Source: Kiritimatiellia bacterium
GTDB lineage: Bacteria; Verrucomicrobiota; Kiritimatiellia; JAAZAB01
Assembly (NCBI GenBank): GCA_040767085.1
Contig: JAXGPF010000008.1
Coordinates: forward strand, 1-64,000
DNA length: 64,000 nucleotides
Direction of reading: 5' to 3'
Below the pieces are notes generated by a model. The model made no database searches. It saw only the letters and a list, made by a program, of their open reading frames with translations, and had not been told where the DNA came from. Positions 9,756 to 18,539 of this stretch are shown here, piece by piece (the first letter of the stretch is position 1; the number at the start of each line of letters is the position of its first letter). The position numbers and the translations under genes were made by a program.

Positions 9756-10523
9756 ATGCGTGCGCGACATCTGCTGTTTTGCGGGTTGATGGCGGCCGGC
9801 CTCGCCGCCGCGGCTGAACCGGAAATTGAGGTTGAGGTCCGCTTTATGGAAATCAGCGCAACGGCGCCGGCTCCCGCCGGGGTCGCGTGGCAACTCGACG
9901 GTTCCAAGCTGCCGGCGATCGGAGAAGGTGACGCCACAAATATGCTTGCCGCATTGGAGTTTTCCAGTGCGGCCAACCTTATCAGCGCGCCCAAGGTCAG
10001 GGTGAAGTCCGGCACGAACACAACCATCAAGGTCGTCAAGGAATTAATTTATCCAGCCGGATTCGATATCCGGAGCGAATCAGTGACCAACGGCGCGGTC
10101 ATCAGCAGCGTTTTGGCCATCGTCCCTTGTAATTTCACGAACCGCGACGCCGGCGTAACGCTCAATGTTGCGCCCGTATTCGATGCCCGGCGGGACATGA
10201 TTGATTTGCAAATGACGGCGGAAATTGTCGAGTTGACCGAATGGAAGGAATATCCAGCCGCCTGCGAGGGAACGGATGGTTCCAGACATACGCTTGCTAT
10301 TGCCCAGCCGGTCTTCCATACCCGCCGCGTCGCTCCTAACATCTCGATCCGCAACGGATCAACCGCCGTGGTGGGTGGCCTGATCACCACCGGGACAAAG
10401 CGGGAGGAAGACCGAGTGCCGGTGTTGGGCGCCATCCCCTGGCTGGGGCGCCTTTTCCGGAGCAGCCGGGAAGTCAGCGAAAGGCGGCATCTGGTGATTA
10501 CCGTCCGCGCCAGGACGATTTAG
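9756..10523 (+). CDS. Short type II/III secretion secretin-domain protein
   Basis: AAGGAGG RBS; signal peptide; EIEVEVRFMEI, LISAPKVRVKSG, GVTLNVAP, NGSTAVVGGLI, RVPVLGAIPWLGRLFRS, LVITVRARTI. Confidence 0.9.
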   Translation: MRARHLLFCGLMAAGLAAAAEPEIEVEVRFMEISATAPAPAGVAWQLDGSKLPAIGEGDATNMLAALEFSSAANLISAPKVRVKSGTNTTIKVVKELIYPAGFDIRSESVTNGAVISSVLAIVPCNFTNRDAGVTLNVAPVFDARRDMIDLQMTAEIVELTEWKEYPAACEGTDGSRHTLAIAQPVFHTRRVAPNISIRNGSTAVVGGLITTGTKREEDRVPVLGAIPWLGRLFRSSREVSERRHLVITVRARTI

Positions 10524-10639
10524 GAGGGGCGGGGGCAGGCCCGGATCGGGATCGGAGGCGCGTGTGGCCCCATACCTCCTGTCTGACGGGGCGCCCTGAG
10601 ATTTTGCGCCGGGCATGATGGCGCGGTGCCGTCCCGACG

Positions 10640-10708
10640 CACGTATTCGACTTCCGTGTACTCGTTCGGGTTTTCCCGTTCCTGGTCGGTCAATGGGATG
10701 TCAGGCAT
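10640..10708 (-). pseudogene. Probable truncated 5' fragment, weakly resembling a type I restriction HsdR N-terminus
   Basis: MPDIPLTDQERENPNEYTEVEY directly downstream of fic, then loss of protein-like character. Confidence 0.3.
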
Positions 10709-10824
10709 ATGCACCCCCGACGGCCAATTTCAACGTATCCACGGCATGGATGCTTTGCGCCGACGTGTCCACGACGTGGACATGTTCCGGGAACGTGTCC
10801 AAATCAGGACCGGATTTCGACATG

Positions 10825-11910
10825 TCATTTCGCGAGCAATTCATAGAGGCGCACGTTCAGGTAGAGGTTCTCTTTGCCCACTTTCCGGCTCTTCAGCACA
10901 CCGATCCGCTCCAGTTCCTGCAGGTAGTCGGCAGCGGTCTTCCGTTCCGCAATGCCGGCATCCACGACAAACTGCCCCTTGGTGTAAGGCTGGCAGAAGA
11001 TCAACTCGATGAGGTCCTTTGAGTATACGCGCGCCGGCAGTTTGCTCTTGGTCAGAGCGAGGGTTTCGTCCAGGAGCGCGCGAATGGCGAGGATGCGTTG
11101 TCGGGTGAAACCGGCTGTGCTCTCTACCGCCTCCAGCATATAGAGCACCCACGCGTCCCAATCGCCGTTCTCCGTCACCCGGCGCAGGTGGTGATAGTAT
11201 TCGGATTTCCGGTCGATGATGTATTTGCTCAGGTACAACACCGGCTGTTCGAGCAAACCCTTGTGAACCATATACAGGATGTTGACGAGCCTTCCTGTCC
11301 GGCCGTTGCCGTCGAAGAAGGGGTGAATGGCCTCGAACTGGTAGTGGACTAGGGCCAGTTTCACCAGAGGGTCGAGTGCATCGTCGGTATGGATGAACCG
11401 CTCCAAGTCGTCGAGTTTGCGGCGGATGAGCCGTTCCCCCTCCGGTGGGGTATAGATGACCTCCCGCGTTCTGGCATTGCCGATCACCGTTCCCGGGCGA
11501 TTGCGGATGCCTTGGGAATCTTCCTTAATGGTTTGCACAAGATGAACGAACAGATCGGCCGTCAAACGGCCCTTGTCCTTCACCCGGTTGAAGCCCGCCC
11601 AGAGCGCCTCGCGGTAGCGCAGGACTTCCTTGGTCGCCGGGTCCGTCGCCCCGGCGCTGCTGGCCATAGCCCGGAACAGGGCGTCGTTGGTGGTGATGAT
11701 GTTCTCTATTTCCGAACTCGCCCGCGCTTCCTGCAGAACCAGCGTATTGACCAGCATCGCCTGGTTGGGAATCACGTCGCCCACGCCTTTAAGTTCCGCC
11801 ACTGCCCGCGCCGCCGAGATGGCCTTTTTGAGCACTGCCCGTGTTTCTACGTCCATTTTGGGCGGTAGCGGCGGCAGTTCGTTGTAGGGTCGGTTGGGAT
11901 CGAAGGTCAT
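10825..11910 (-). CDS. Fic family protein adenylyltransferase (Fic/DOC N-terminal plus C-terminal HTH)
   Basis: FDPNRPYNELPPLPP, EARASSEIENIITT inhibitory-type motif, HPFFDGNGRTGR catalytic motif. Confidence 0.95.
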   Translation of the reverse strand: MTFDPNRPYNELPPLPPKMDVETRAVLKKAISAARAVAELKGVGDVIPNQAMLVNTLVLQEARASSEIENIITTNDALFRAMASSAGATDPATKEVLRYREALWAGFNRVKDKGRLTADLFVHLVQTIKEDSQGIRNRPGTVIGNARTREVIYTPPEGERLIRRKLDDLERFIHTDDALDPLVKLALVHYQFEAIHPFFDGNGRTGRLVNILYMVHKGLLEQPVLYLSKYIIDRKSEYYHHLRRVTENGDWDAWVLYMLEAVESTAGFTRQRILAIRALLDETLALTKSKLPARVYSKDLIELIFCQPYTKGQFVVDAGIAERKTAADYLQELERIGVLKSRKVGKENLYLNVRLYELLAK

Positions 11911-11996
11911 GTCTTTCCCTGCCTTTCCATTGGCCTTCATCGGCACGTGGACATGCCCTCTCAAAAAGTCCCGCATGGGTCCCTGTTTCATCAATC

Positions 11997-12269
11997 TCAT
12001 CCGGGTTCGAGGAAGCGCAGAGTGAAGGTTCCGCGCTGCTCCATGCCGCTGAGATTGCACTCAATCTGCCACTTCGGGCACTTGAACACCAATGACCCGT
12101 CGCCGGCAGGACCGAAATCCATATCGCCGCTTCGGCACCTGCGTTCAGCCAAAAGGACAGTTGTCGTCTCCAATGTCCGCCGATGCTCTATGTTGACTCG
12201 GCTCGCTTTCGGCGAGTTCGTTGCAGCGGTGAGCCCGCTCATAGCCCACGCGTAGCGATACGCTAGCAC
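11997..12269 (-). pseudogene. Possible 3' remnant of a truncated gene, or a small hypothetical CDS
   Basis: Protein-like frame ending TGA upstream of fic, with no clear RBS or start. Confidence 0.3.
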
Positions 12270-12324
12270 GCCGATTCCGATTGCACAAGATTAAACGGCA
12301 TAAACAACATGAAAGCGCGTTGAA

Positions 12325-12371
12325 GAAAAAAAGAAAATAAAATTGACTTTTGAGCGCTTCTGATGGATAAA
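12325..12371 (+). promoter_or_regulatory. Putative sigma70 promoter of the ispE superoperon
   Basis: A-tract, TTGACT (12343-12348), 17-bp spacer, GATAAA directly preceded by TG. Confidence 0.45.
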
Positions 12372-12414
12372 GCGCGGTTTCAGTTGATGCGAATACCCCT
12401 GGAGATCGGCGGTT

Positions 12415-13335
12415 GTGCGCAAGGAAATCCGCGCTTACGCGAAAATAAACTTGTTCCTGGAAGTGCTGGGCCTGCGTTCGGATGGATTCCATGATATCCG
12501 GAGCGTTTTGGCGCCGGTAACCCTGGCCGACCGCCTGGAAATCGAACTGACGGACGGCGCGCTGGAATTATCGACGCCCAGCCTGGTGCAATTTGACGGC
12601 ATGCCCGATTCGGTCGCCATCTGTCCGCCGCAGGACAATTTGGTGTTCAAAGTCGCCAGCCTGCTCCGTGAAACCACCGGGTGCCGGCGCGGCGCCCGCA
12701 TTGTGCTGGAAAAGAAAATCCCGATTGCCGGCGGCCTGGGCGGCGGCAGCGCTGATGCCGCCGCGGCTTTACTGGTGTTGAACCAATTGTGGCAAACCGG
12801 GCTGACCCGGCCGGAGTTGATGGAACTGGCCAGCCGGCTGGGGTGCGACATCCCGGCGCTGGTGCATGGGGGCGCGGTGCGTGTCGCCGGCCGGGGCGAA
12901 CTGGTCAACCCGGCGCCCTGGCGCGCGGACTGGCGGCCATGGCTCTTACTGGTCAACCCCGGGTTCGGCGTGTCTACGGGGGATATCTATAAAAGATACA
13001 AGCCGGACTTGACTTCTGAGCGGCAACCGGATACATTTAAAAACTTGCTCGCCGTTTTAGAGCGCGGCGAGGCGGCGGGTTTGGCGGCCGGCCTGCATAA
13101 CGACCTGCAACGGACGGTCTTCGACAAGTATCCGTTACTGGAGCTGATTGCGGGCCGCCTGGCCGAACTCGGTGCGCGGGCGGTGTTGCTGTCCGGCTCC
13201 GGGGCGACGCTTTTTGCGCTGGTGCGCGATGCGGAACACGGCCGGGAATTGGCGGCGGGGTTACGGCGCGCCATGGATTGCCAGTTGTGGACCAGCGTGG
13301 TTCAAATTGCGGGCGACTTGCGCCCTGAATTTTAA
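12415..13335 (+). CDS. ispE: 4-diphosphocytidyl-2C-methyl-D-erythritol kinase
   Basis: AYAKINLFLEV, KKIPIAGGLGGGSADAAA, LGCDIP, HNDLQ, LSGSGATLF. Confidence 0.97.
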   Translation: MRKEIRAYAKINLFLEVLGLRSDGFHDIRSVLAPVTLADRLEIELTDGALELSTPSLVQFDGMPDSVAICPPQDNLVFKVASLLRETTGCRRGARIVLEKKIPIAGGLGGGSADAAAALLVLNQLWQTGLTRPELMELASRLGCDIPALVHGGAVRVAGRGELVNPAPWRADWRPWLLLVNPGFGVSTGDIYKRYKPDLTSERQPDTFKNLLAVLERGEAAGLAAGLHNDLQRTVFDKYPLLELIAGRLAELGARAVLLSGSGATLFALVRDAEHGRELAAGLRRAMDCQLWTSVVQIAGDLRPEF

Positions 13336-13375
13336 TCTCCGGCCGCGCGCGGCGCGGCCGGCGGGCCAAGGCGAT

Positions 13376-13446
13376 TGCCCGATGGTGTAATGGCAGCACA
13401 CGGCCCTTTGGAGGCCAGAGTCCAGGTTCGAGTCCTGGTCGGGCAA
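13376..13446 (+). tRNA. trnQ: tRNA-Gln(TTG), CCA not encoded
   Basis: Acceptor stem TGCCCGA/TCGGGCA, anticodon loop CTTTGGA, T-arm GGTTCGAGTCC; classic ispE-tRNA-Gln-prs position. Confidence 0.97.
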
Positions 13447-13517
13447 CGGTGATAGTTGATGCGCGCGGGCGCAGCGGCAGGCGCCGTTCCGCGCGGTTGA
13501 CGAAAAACGTTAGGAGC

Positions 13518-14450
13518 ATGATGAAAATATTTACCGGCAGCGCCAACCCCCGTTTGGCCGAAGGCATCGCCCGCAACCTGGGCATTCCGCTGGGCGACAT
13601 CAAGATCGTGCGGTTTCCGGACGGCGAGATTTCCGTCAAGATCGCCGAAAATATCCGCGGCAAGGATGTTTTTATCATTCAGCCAACCTGCTACCCGGCG
13701 AATGAGAACATCATGGAACTGCTGATCGTCATTGACGCCATGCGCCGCGCCTCCGCCGCCCGTATCACGGCCGTGGTGCCCTTTTACGGCTACGGCCGCC
13801 AGGACCGCAAAGACCAGCCCCGCGTGCCGATTTCCGCCAAACTGGTGGCCAACCTGCTGACCGCCGCCGGCGCGAACCGCCTGTTGGCCATGGACTTCCA
13901 TGCCCAGCAAATCCAGGGATTTTTCGATATTCCGGTGGATCACCTGTACGCCTCCCCGGTGCTCGTGAAGTACCTGCGCGACAAAAATCTGGACAACCTG
14001 GTGGTGGTTTCGCCCGATCCCGGCGGCATGAAGATGGCCTACAGCTATTCCCGCATGCTGCATTCCGGACTGGCCATCGTGGCCAAGCAGCGCACCAGCC
14101 CTTCGGAAGTGGAAGCTTTCAACCTGGTCGGCGAGGTCGAAGGAAAAACCGCCGTCCTGGTGGACGATTTAATCACCACCGGCGGCACCTTGAGCGCCGC
14201 GGCGTCGCTGCTGCGGCGGCACGGCGCGGTGGAAGTCTATGCCGCCGTGACGCACCCGGTGTTCGTCCCGCTGGCATTCGAGCGTTTGGCGGGCTGCGCC
14301 ATCAAGGAATTCGTGGTCACGGACAGCGTGCCGCTGCGGCAGTCCACGGACAAAATCAAAATCACCGTGTTGACGGTGGCCGACCTGCTGGCGGAAGCCA
14401 TCCGGCGCATTCACAGCAACCAGTCGGTATCGTCGCTGTTTCACATTTAG
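13518..14450 (+). CDS. prs: Ribose-phosphate pyrophosphokinase
   Basis: MKIFTGSANP, FPDGEI, YGYGRQDRK, VVSPDPGG, VLVDDLITTGGTL. Confidence 0.98.
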   Translation: MMKIFTGSANPRLAEGIARNLGIPLGDIKIVRFPDGEISVKIAENIRGKDVFIIQPTCYPANENIMELLIVIDAMRRASAARITAVVPFYGYGRQDRKDQPRVPISAKLVANLLTAAGANRLLAMDFHAQQIQGFFDIPVDHLYASPVLVKYLRDKNLDNLVVVSPDPGGMKMAYSYSRMLHSGLAIVAKQRTSPSEVEAFNLVGEVEGKTAVLVDDLITTGGTLSAAASLLRRHGAVEVYAAVTHPVFVPLAFERLAGCAIKEFVVTDSVPLRQSTDKIKITVLTVADLLAEAIRRIHSNQSVSSLFHI

Positions 14451-14469
14451 CTAGGAAAGGATACGCAAT

Positions 14470-15234
14470 ATGGCCAAGGAAATGGAAGTTATCAAACTGG
14501 AAGCCCAGCGTCGCCCCGAACTGGGCTCGAGTGCGGTCCACCGCCTGCGCCGCGCCGGCTGGCTGCCGGCGGTGGTTTATGACGCCCACGGCAAATCGCA
14601 GCCGGTGAAATTCAATCGCCATGCCTTCGAATTGATGGTGCGGCGGCACGGCGGCCAAAACCTGGTGCTGGATATGCAACTCGACGGCGCCGATGCCCTG
14701 AAAGTGCTGTTGAAGGATGTGCAGCGCGACAGCATTCACGACCATATGCTCCACGTGGATTTACTGGAAATTTCCATGACCCGCAAGTTGCGGATTGAAG
14801 TGGCCATCCGGCTCGTCGGCGAGCCGGTGGGCGTCACCCAGCAGGCGGGCATCCTGGAGCAGTTGCTGCGAGTGGTACAGGTGGAATGTCTGCCTGCGGA
14901 TATTATCCAGGAACTGCCCCTGGATGTCAGCGGCCTGCATCTTGATGAAAGCCTGTTTGTCCGCGACTTGAAAACACCGTCCAATCAAACCGTGCTGACG
15001 CCGGGTCATATCGCGGTGGCCTCCGTCCACCTGCCGGCGGCGGAAGAGGAAGCCAAGCCCGCGGAAGCTGAGGAAGCGGCGGAAGGCGCGGCGCCGGCGG
15101 AAGGCGCGGCGCCAGCGGAGGGCGCGGCGGATGCCAAGGCGGCCAAGGATGGCAAGGAGCCGGCCAAGGATGCCAAAACGGCCGCCAAGGATGGCAAGGA
15201 GCCGGAGAAGAAGGATAAGAAGGAGAAGAAATAA
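14470..15234 (+). CDS. rplY: 50S ribosomal protein L25/Ctc with low-complexity tail
   Basis: RLRRAGWLPAVVY, KDVQRD...HVDL, VECLPADI; GAAPAE and AAKDGKEP repeats at the C-terminus. Confidence 0.95.
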   Translation: MAKEMEVIKLEAQRRPELGSSAVHRLRRAGWLPAVVYDAHGKSQPVKFNRHAFELMVRRHGGQNLVLDMQLDGADALKVLLKDVQRDSIHDHMLHVDLLEISMTRKLRIEVAIRLVGEPVGVTQQAGILEQLLRVVQVECLPADIIQELPLDVSGLHLDESLFVRDLKTPSNQTVLTPGHIAVASVHLPAAEEEAKPAEAEEAAEGAAPAEGAAPAEGAADAKAAKDGKEPAKDAKTAAKDGKEPEKKDKKEKK

Positions 15235-15299
15235 TCGCCGTGAAATTCGCGTGGGCATGGCCGCCATGGGCGGCCGGCCAGCCGGACAGCCGGGGCGGC

Positions 15300-15878
15300 A
15301 TGAACATTCAATTGGTGGTGGGACTGGGCAATCCCGGCCGGCGGTATGCCGGCACGCCGCATAATGTCGGTTTTGCGGTGGTGGAACACCTGGCCGGCCT
15401 TTGGGGGTGCCGCCTGCGCCGCAGCTGGCGCTGGCACGCCCTGGTGGCCAGAAGCGCCAGGAATGCGCGGCCGGTGTGGCTGGCGCAGCCTCTGTCCTAC
15501 ATGAATAACAGCGGCGCGGTCGTGAGCGCCATCATGCGGCAGGCCGGCATCGCGCCGGAGAACCTCGTGGTGGTGCTGGACGATGTAGATTTGCCGCTGG
15601 GCCGCATCCGCGTGCGCGCCGGCGGCGGCGACGGCGGGCACCGGGGGTTGCGATCGGTGCGGGAATGCGTGGGCAGTTCGGATTTCACGCGCATCCGTTT
15701 GGGAGTGGGGCGCGCGGAGCGCGAGGGCGGCCTGGTGGAGTACGTGCTGACCCCATTCCCGGCGGCGGCGCGGCCGGCTGTGGCGCAAATGGTGGCCACG
15801 GCGGGTGAAGCGGTGGGCATGGTTTTGGACAGCGGCGCGGCGGCGGCCATGAACGAATATAACGCCCGGCAGATTTAA
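15300..15878 (+). CDS. pth: Peptidyl-tRNA hydrolase
   Basis: LVVGLGNPG, TPHNVGF, YMNNSG, DDVDLPLG, GGHRGLRS, RIRLGVGR. Confidence 0.96.
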   Translation: MNIQLVVGLGNPGRRYAGTPHNVGFAVVEHLAGLWGCRLRRSWRWHALVARSARNARPVWLAQPLSYMNNSGAVVSAIMRQAGIAPENLVVVLDDVDLPLGRIRVRAGGGDGGHRGLRSVRECVGSSDFTRIRLGVGRAEREGGLVEYVLTPFPAAARPAVAQMVATAGEAVGMVLDSGAAAAMNEYNARQI

Positions 15879-15894
15879 ATCAAGGAGGTAGGCG

Positions 15895-16230
15895 GTGAAG
15901 AAATACGAAGGCATGTTCATATTCCATCCGGTGGCGGATGATCAGTTGGATGACAGGATCAACAAGGCCGGCGCGGAGATTGCCAGGCTGGGCGGCAAGG
16001 TAGGCGCCGTCACCCGCATGGGGCGCAGTTCCTTCGCGCGGCCCATGCACAAAAAGGACGCGGGTATCTACGTCCTCGTTGCCTTCGAACTGGATCCGCT
16101 GCAGGTGGATGCGTTGCGCAAGCGCTACCGTTTGAACGAAGACTTGATCCGGGTGCAGGTTTTTCAGGCAGACGCACACCGTGCGCCGCCGGCGGACGCG
16201 CCCCGGGAAGCCGCCGGCGCTTCCGCCTGA
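15895..16230 (+). CDS. rpsF: 30S ribosomal protein S6
   Basis: AAGGAGG RBS, GTG start, KKYEGMFIFHP, GIYVLVAF, LNEDLIR. Confidence 0.95.
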   Translation: MKKYEGMFIFHPVADDQLDDRINKAGAEIARLGGKVGAVTRMGRSSFARPMHKKDAGIYVLVAFELDPLQVDALRKRYRLNEDLIRVQVFQADAHRAPPADAPREAAGASA

Positions 16231-16281
16231 AGCCCGCTCTTGCCGCCGGCGCATGGCCGGCAATGTTTAAAGGAGGTCAGA

Positions 16282-16527
16282 TTGAAAAAAACAAAAAGAA
16301 CGCCGCGTAAACCGCGCAGCACTTTCGGCTTTTTTGCCGAAGAGAAACGATCGCGTTATCTGCAGGGCATTACCCGTGTGGATTACAAGGACCATGAATT
16401 GCTGCGCAAGTTCATGACGGAACACGGTAAAATGATTCCTTGCCGCATTTCCGGCAACACAACCAAGCAGCAGCGCCAGTTGAAACGCGCCATCCGGCGC
16501 GCGCGCACCGTTGGTTTGGTGATGTAA
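16282..16527 (+). CDS. rpsR: 30S ribosomal protein S18
   Basis: AAGGAGG RBS before TTG 16282; VDYKD...[25 protein letters not shown]. Confidence 0.95.
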   Translation: MKKTKRTPRKPRSTFGFFAEEKRSRYLQGITRVDYKDHELLRKFMTEHGKMIPCRISGNTTKQQRQLKRAIRRARTVGLVM

Positions 16528-16548
16528 AAAAGGCCTGGGGGATTTGCT

Positions 16549-17010
16549 ATGTCGCGCGAATTAATTTTAATGTCGGATGTGGACGGTTTGGGCCTCGAAG
16601 GCAGCATCGTTAAGGTCAGCGAAGGCTATGCCCGGAATTATTTGATTCCCCGCAAACTGGCGGTGCCGATGGATAAGGCCGCGCTGCGGCGCCTGGAGAA
16701 GAACCGCAAGGAGCGCGAAGACCGCCAGGGCCGCGAACTGGCCGCCGCGCGCGCCAAGGCCGAAGCGCTGGAAAAGATCTCCTGCACCATTACCGTCAAG
16801 GTGGGCGAGGGCGAAAAAATCTTCGGCTCGGTTACGGTGTCGGATATCATGGAAGCGCTGAAAGCCCAGGGCTTTGAAATCGAGCGCCGCCGCATCCTGC
16901 TGGCGGAGCCGATCCGCGAACTGGGCGTTTACAGCGTCAAAATCCGTTTGCACCAGGAAGTCGAGGCGGCGGTCAAGGTGTGGGTTGTGGATGAGGCGCT
17001 GCCGCGCTGA
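16549..17010 (+). CDS. rplI: 50S ribosomal protein L9
   Basis: VKVSEGYARNYLIP, KIFGSVT, PIRELG. Confidence 0.97.
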   Translation: MSRELILMSDVDGLGLEGSIVKVSEGYARNYLIPRKLAVPMDKAALRRLEKNRKEREDRQGRELAAARAKAEALEKISCTITVKVGEGEKIFGSVTVSDIMEALKAQGFEIERRRILLAEPIRELGVYSVKIRLHQEVEAAVKVWVVDEALPR

Positions 17011-17093
17011 GCGGGGCCGCGCCGGCCGCGGGTTTGAAAATTGAACGTCGGCGCGTGGCCGCCTGCCGCGCCGTCTTTTGCCGGGAGGGCGCC

Positions 17094-18527
17094 ATGCCGG
17101 TCGCTGCCGCTCCAGTCGCCAATACCTCCGTTGCCGGCGTCCGCCGGCCGCTTTTCAGCGGCGATGCCGAGCGCGGCGTGCTGGGGTCGATCCTGCTGGA
17201 TTGGCAGAAGGTGCTCGACTTCTGCGTGGAAAAGCAGTTGACGCCCGAATCGTTTTACCTGCGCCCGCACCAGGCGATTTTCGAGACCATGCTGGATATG
17301 TCGCGCGATGGCCGGCCGATCGACGTGCTGACCCTCGGCGAGCGCCTGAATGCCGCCGGCCGGCTGGAAGAAGTCGGCGGCGTCACTTTCCTGAATCAGT
17401 TGCTGGACGCCACGCCCACCGCCGCGCACGCCGAGTATTACGTGGACATCGTCCGCCAGCACCACCTGCTGCGCCGCATCGTGGACTGCGCCCGCGCTTC
17501 GGAGAACACCTGCTACGCGTCGGAGGAGAGCGCCGACACCGTGCTGGCCAAGGTGGAACAGGATTTTTTCGATATTTCCGAACAGCGCCATGATGCCATG
17601 CTGCACTGGCCGCGCGCGGTGGACGAGTCGGTGGAGGCGATCAACCACATCCTCGACATGAAAAAGGGCATCACCGGCATTCCCACCGGTTATCCCGACC
17701 TGGATGAAAAACTCTCGGGATTGCATGCCGGCGAAATGATCGTCCTGGCCGCCCGGCCTTCCATGGGCAAGACTTCGCTGGCCATGAATATTGTGGAAAA
17801 CGTCGCCCTCGGTGTCACCGACCATCAGCCGCGCCCGGTCGCCATTTTCAGCCTGGAAATGTCGCGCGAACAGTTGATCATCCGCATGCTGGGCAGTCAT
17901 GCGCGCATTCCGGCCCACCGCATCGCCTCCGGCTACCTGACGCCCGCCAATCACGGCCTGCTGATGCAGGCGGCGGACGTGCTGAAAAAAGCCCCCATTT
18001 ACCTGGACGACACCGGCGGACTGGACATCCTGGAATTGCGCGCGCGCGCCCGCCGGCTGAAACGCAAATACGACATTGCCTTGTTCGTGATCGATTACCT
18101 CCAGTTGCTCAACTCGCACGACCACCGCCGCGACGGCCGCCAGTTGGAAGTCGCGCACATCTCCGGCTCGATTAAGAACATGGCCAAGGAATTGAAGGCG
18201 CCCGTGCTCGTGCTCAGCCAGTTGAACCGCTCTCCTGAAGCCCGCGAACGCGGCGAGCCGCGCCTGGCGGACCTGCGCGATTCGGGCTCCATCGAGCAGG
18301 ATGCCGACGTGGTTTGCCTGCTGCGCCGTCCTTCCAAATATAATGACGACCAGGACACCGCGGCCGGTGTCAGCAACAAGGCAATCGTGGACATTGCCAA
18401 GCAGCGCAACGGACCGACCGGCGAGGTGGAATTGGTGTTCCGGGATGAAATCATGCGCTTCGAGAGCCTGGCCCGGGGCGCCTTCAACGAAAATACCGCG
18501 CCCGCCGCGGCGGATGGCCGGGAATAA
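17094..18527 (+). CDS. dnaB: Replicative DNA helicase
   Basis: AERGVLGSIL, LAARPSMGKT, FSLEMS, VIDYLQL, LSQLNR, DLRDSGSIEQDAD, AKQRNGPTG. Confidence 0.98.
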   Translation: MPVAAAPVANTSVAGVRRPLFSGDAERGVLGSILLDWQKVLDFCVEKQLTPESFYLRPHQAIFETMLDMSRDGRPIDVLTLGERLNAAGRLEEVGGVTFLNQLLDATPTAAHAEYYVDIVRQHHLLRRIVDCARASENTCYASEESADTVLAKVEQDFFDISEQRHDAMLHWPRAVDESVEAINHILDMKKGITGIPTGYPDLDEKLSGLHAGEMIVLAARPSMGKTSLAMNIVENVALGVTDHQPRPVAIFSLEMSREQLIIRMLGSHARIPAHRIASGYLTPANHGLLMQAADVLKKAPIYLDDTGGLDILELRARARRLKRKYDIALFVIDYLQLLNSHDHRRDGRQLEVAHISGSIKNMAKELKAPVLVLSQLNRSPEARERGEPRLADLRDSGSIEQDADVVCLLRRPSKYNDDQDTAAGVSNKAIVDIAKQRNGPTGEVELVFRDEIMRFESLARGAFNENTAPAAADGRE

Positions 18528-18539
18528 AGGGACAGGACC

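Noticed and set aside
15060-15234. Tandem repeats at the end of rplY
   Set aside because: Ordinary low-complexity Ala/Glu/Lys tail common in L25/Ctc
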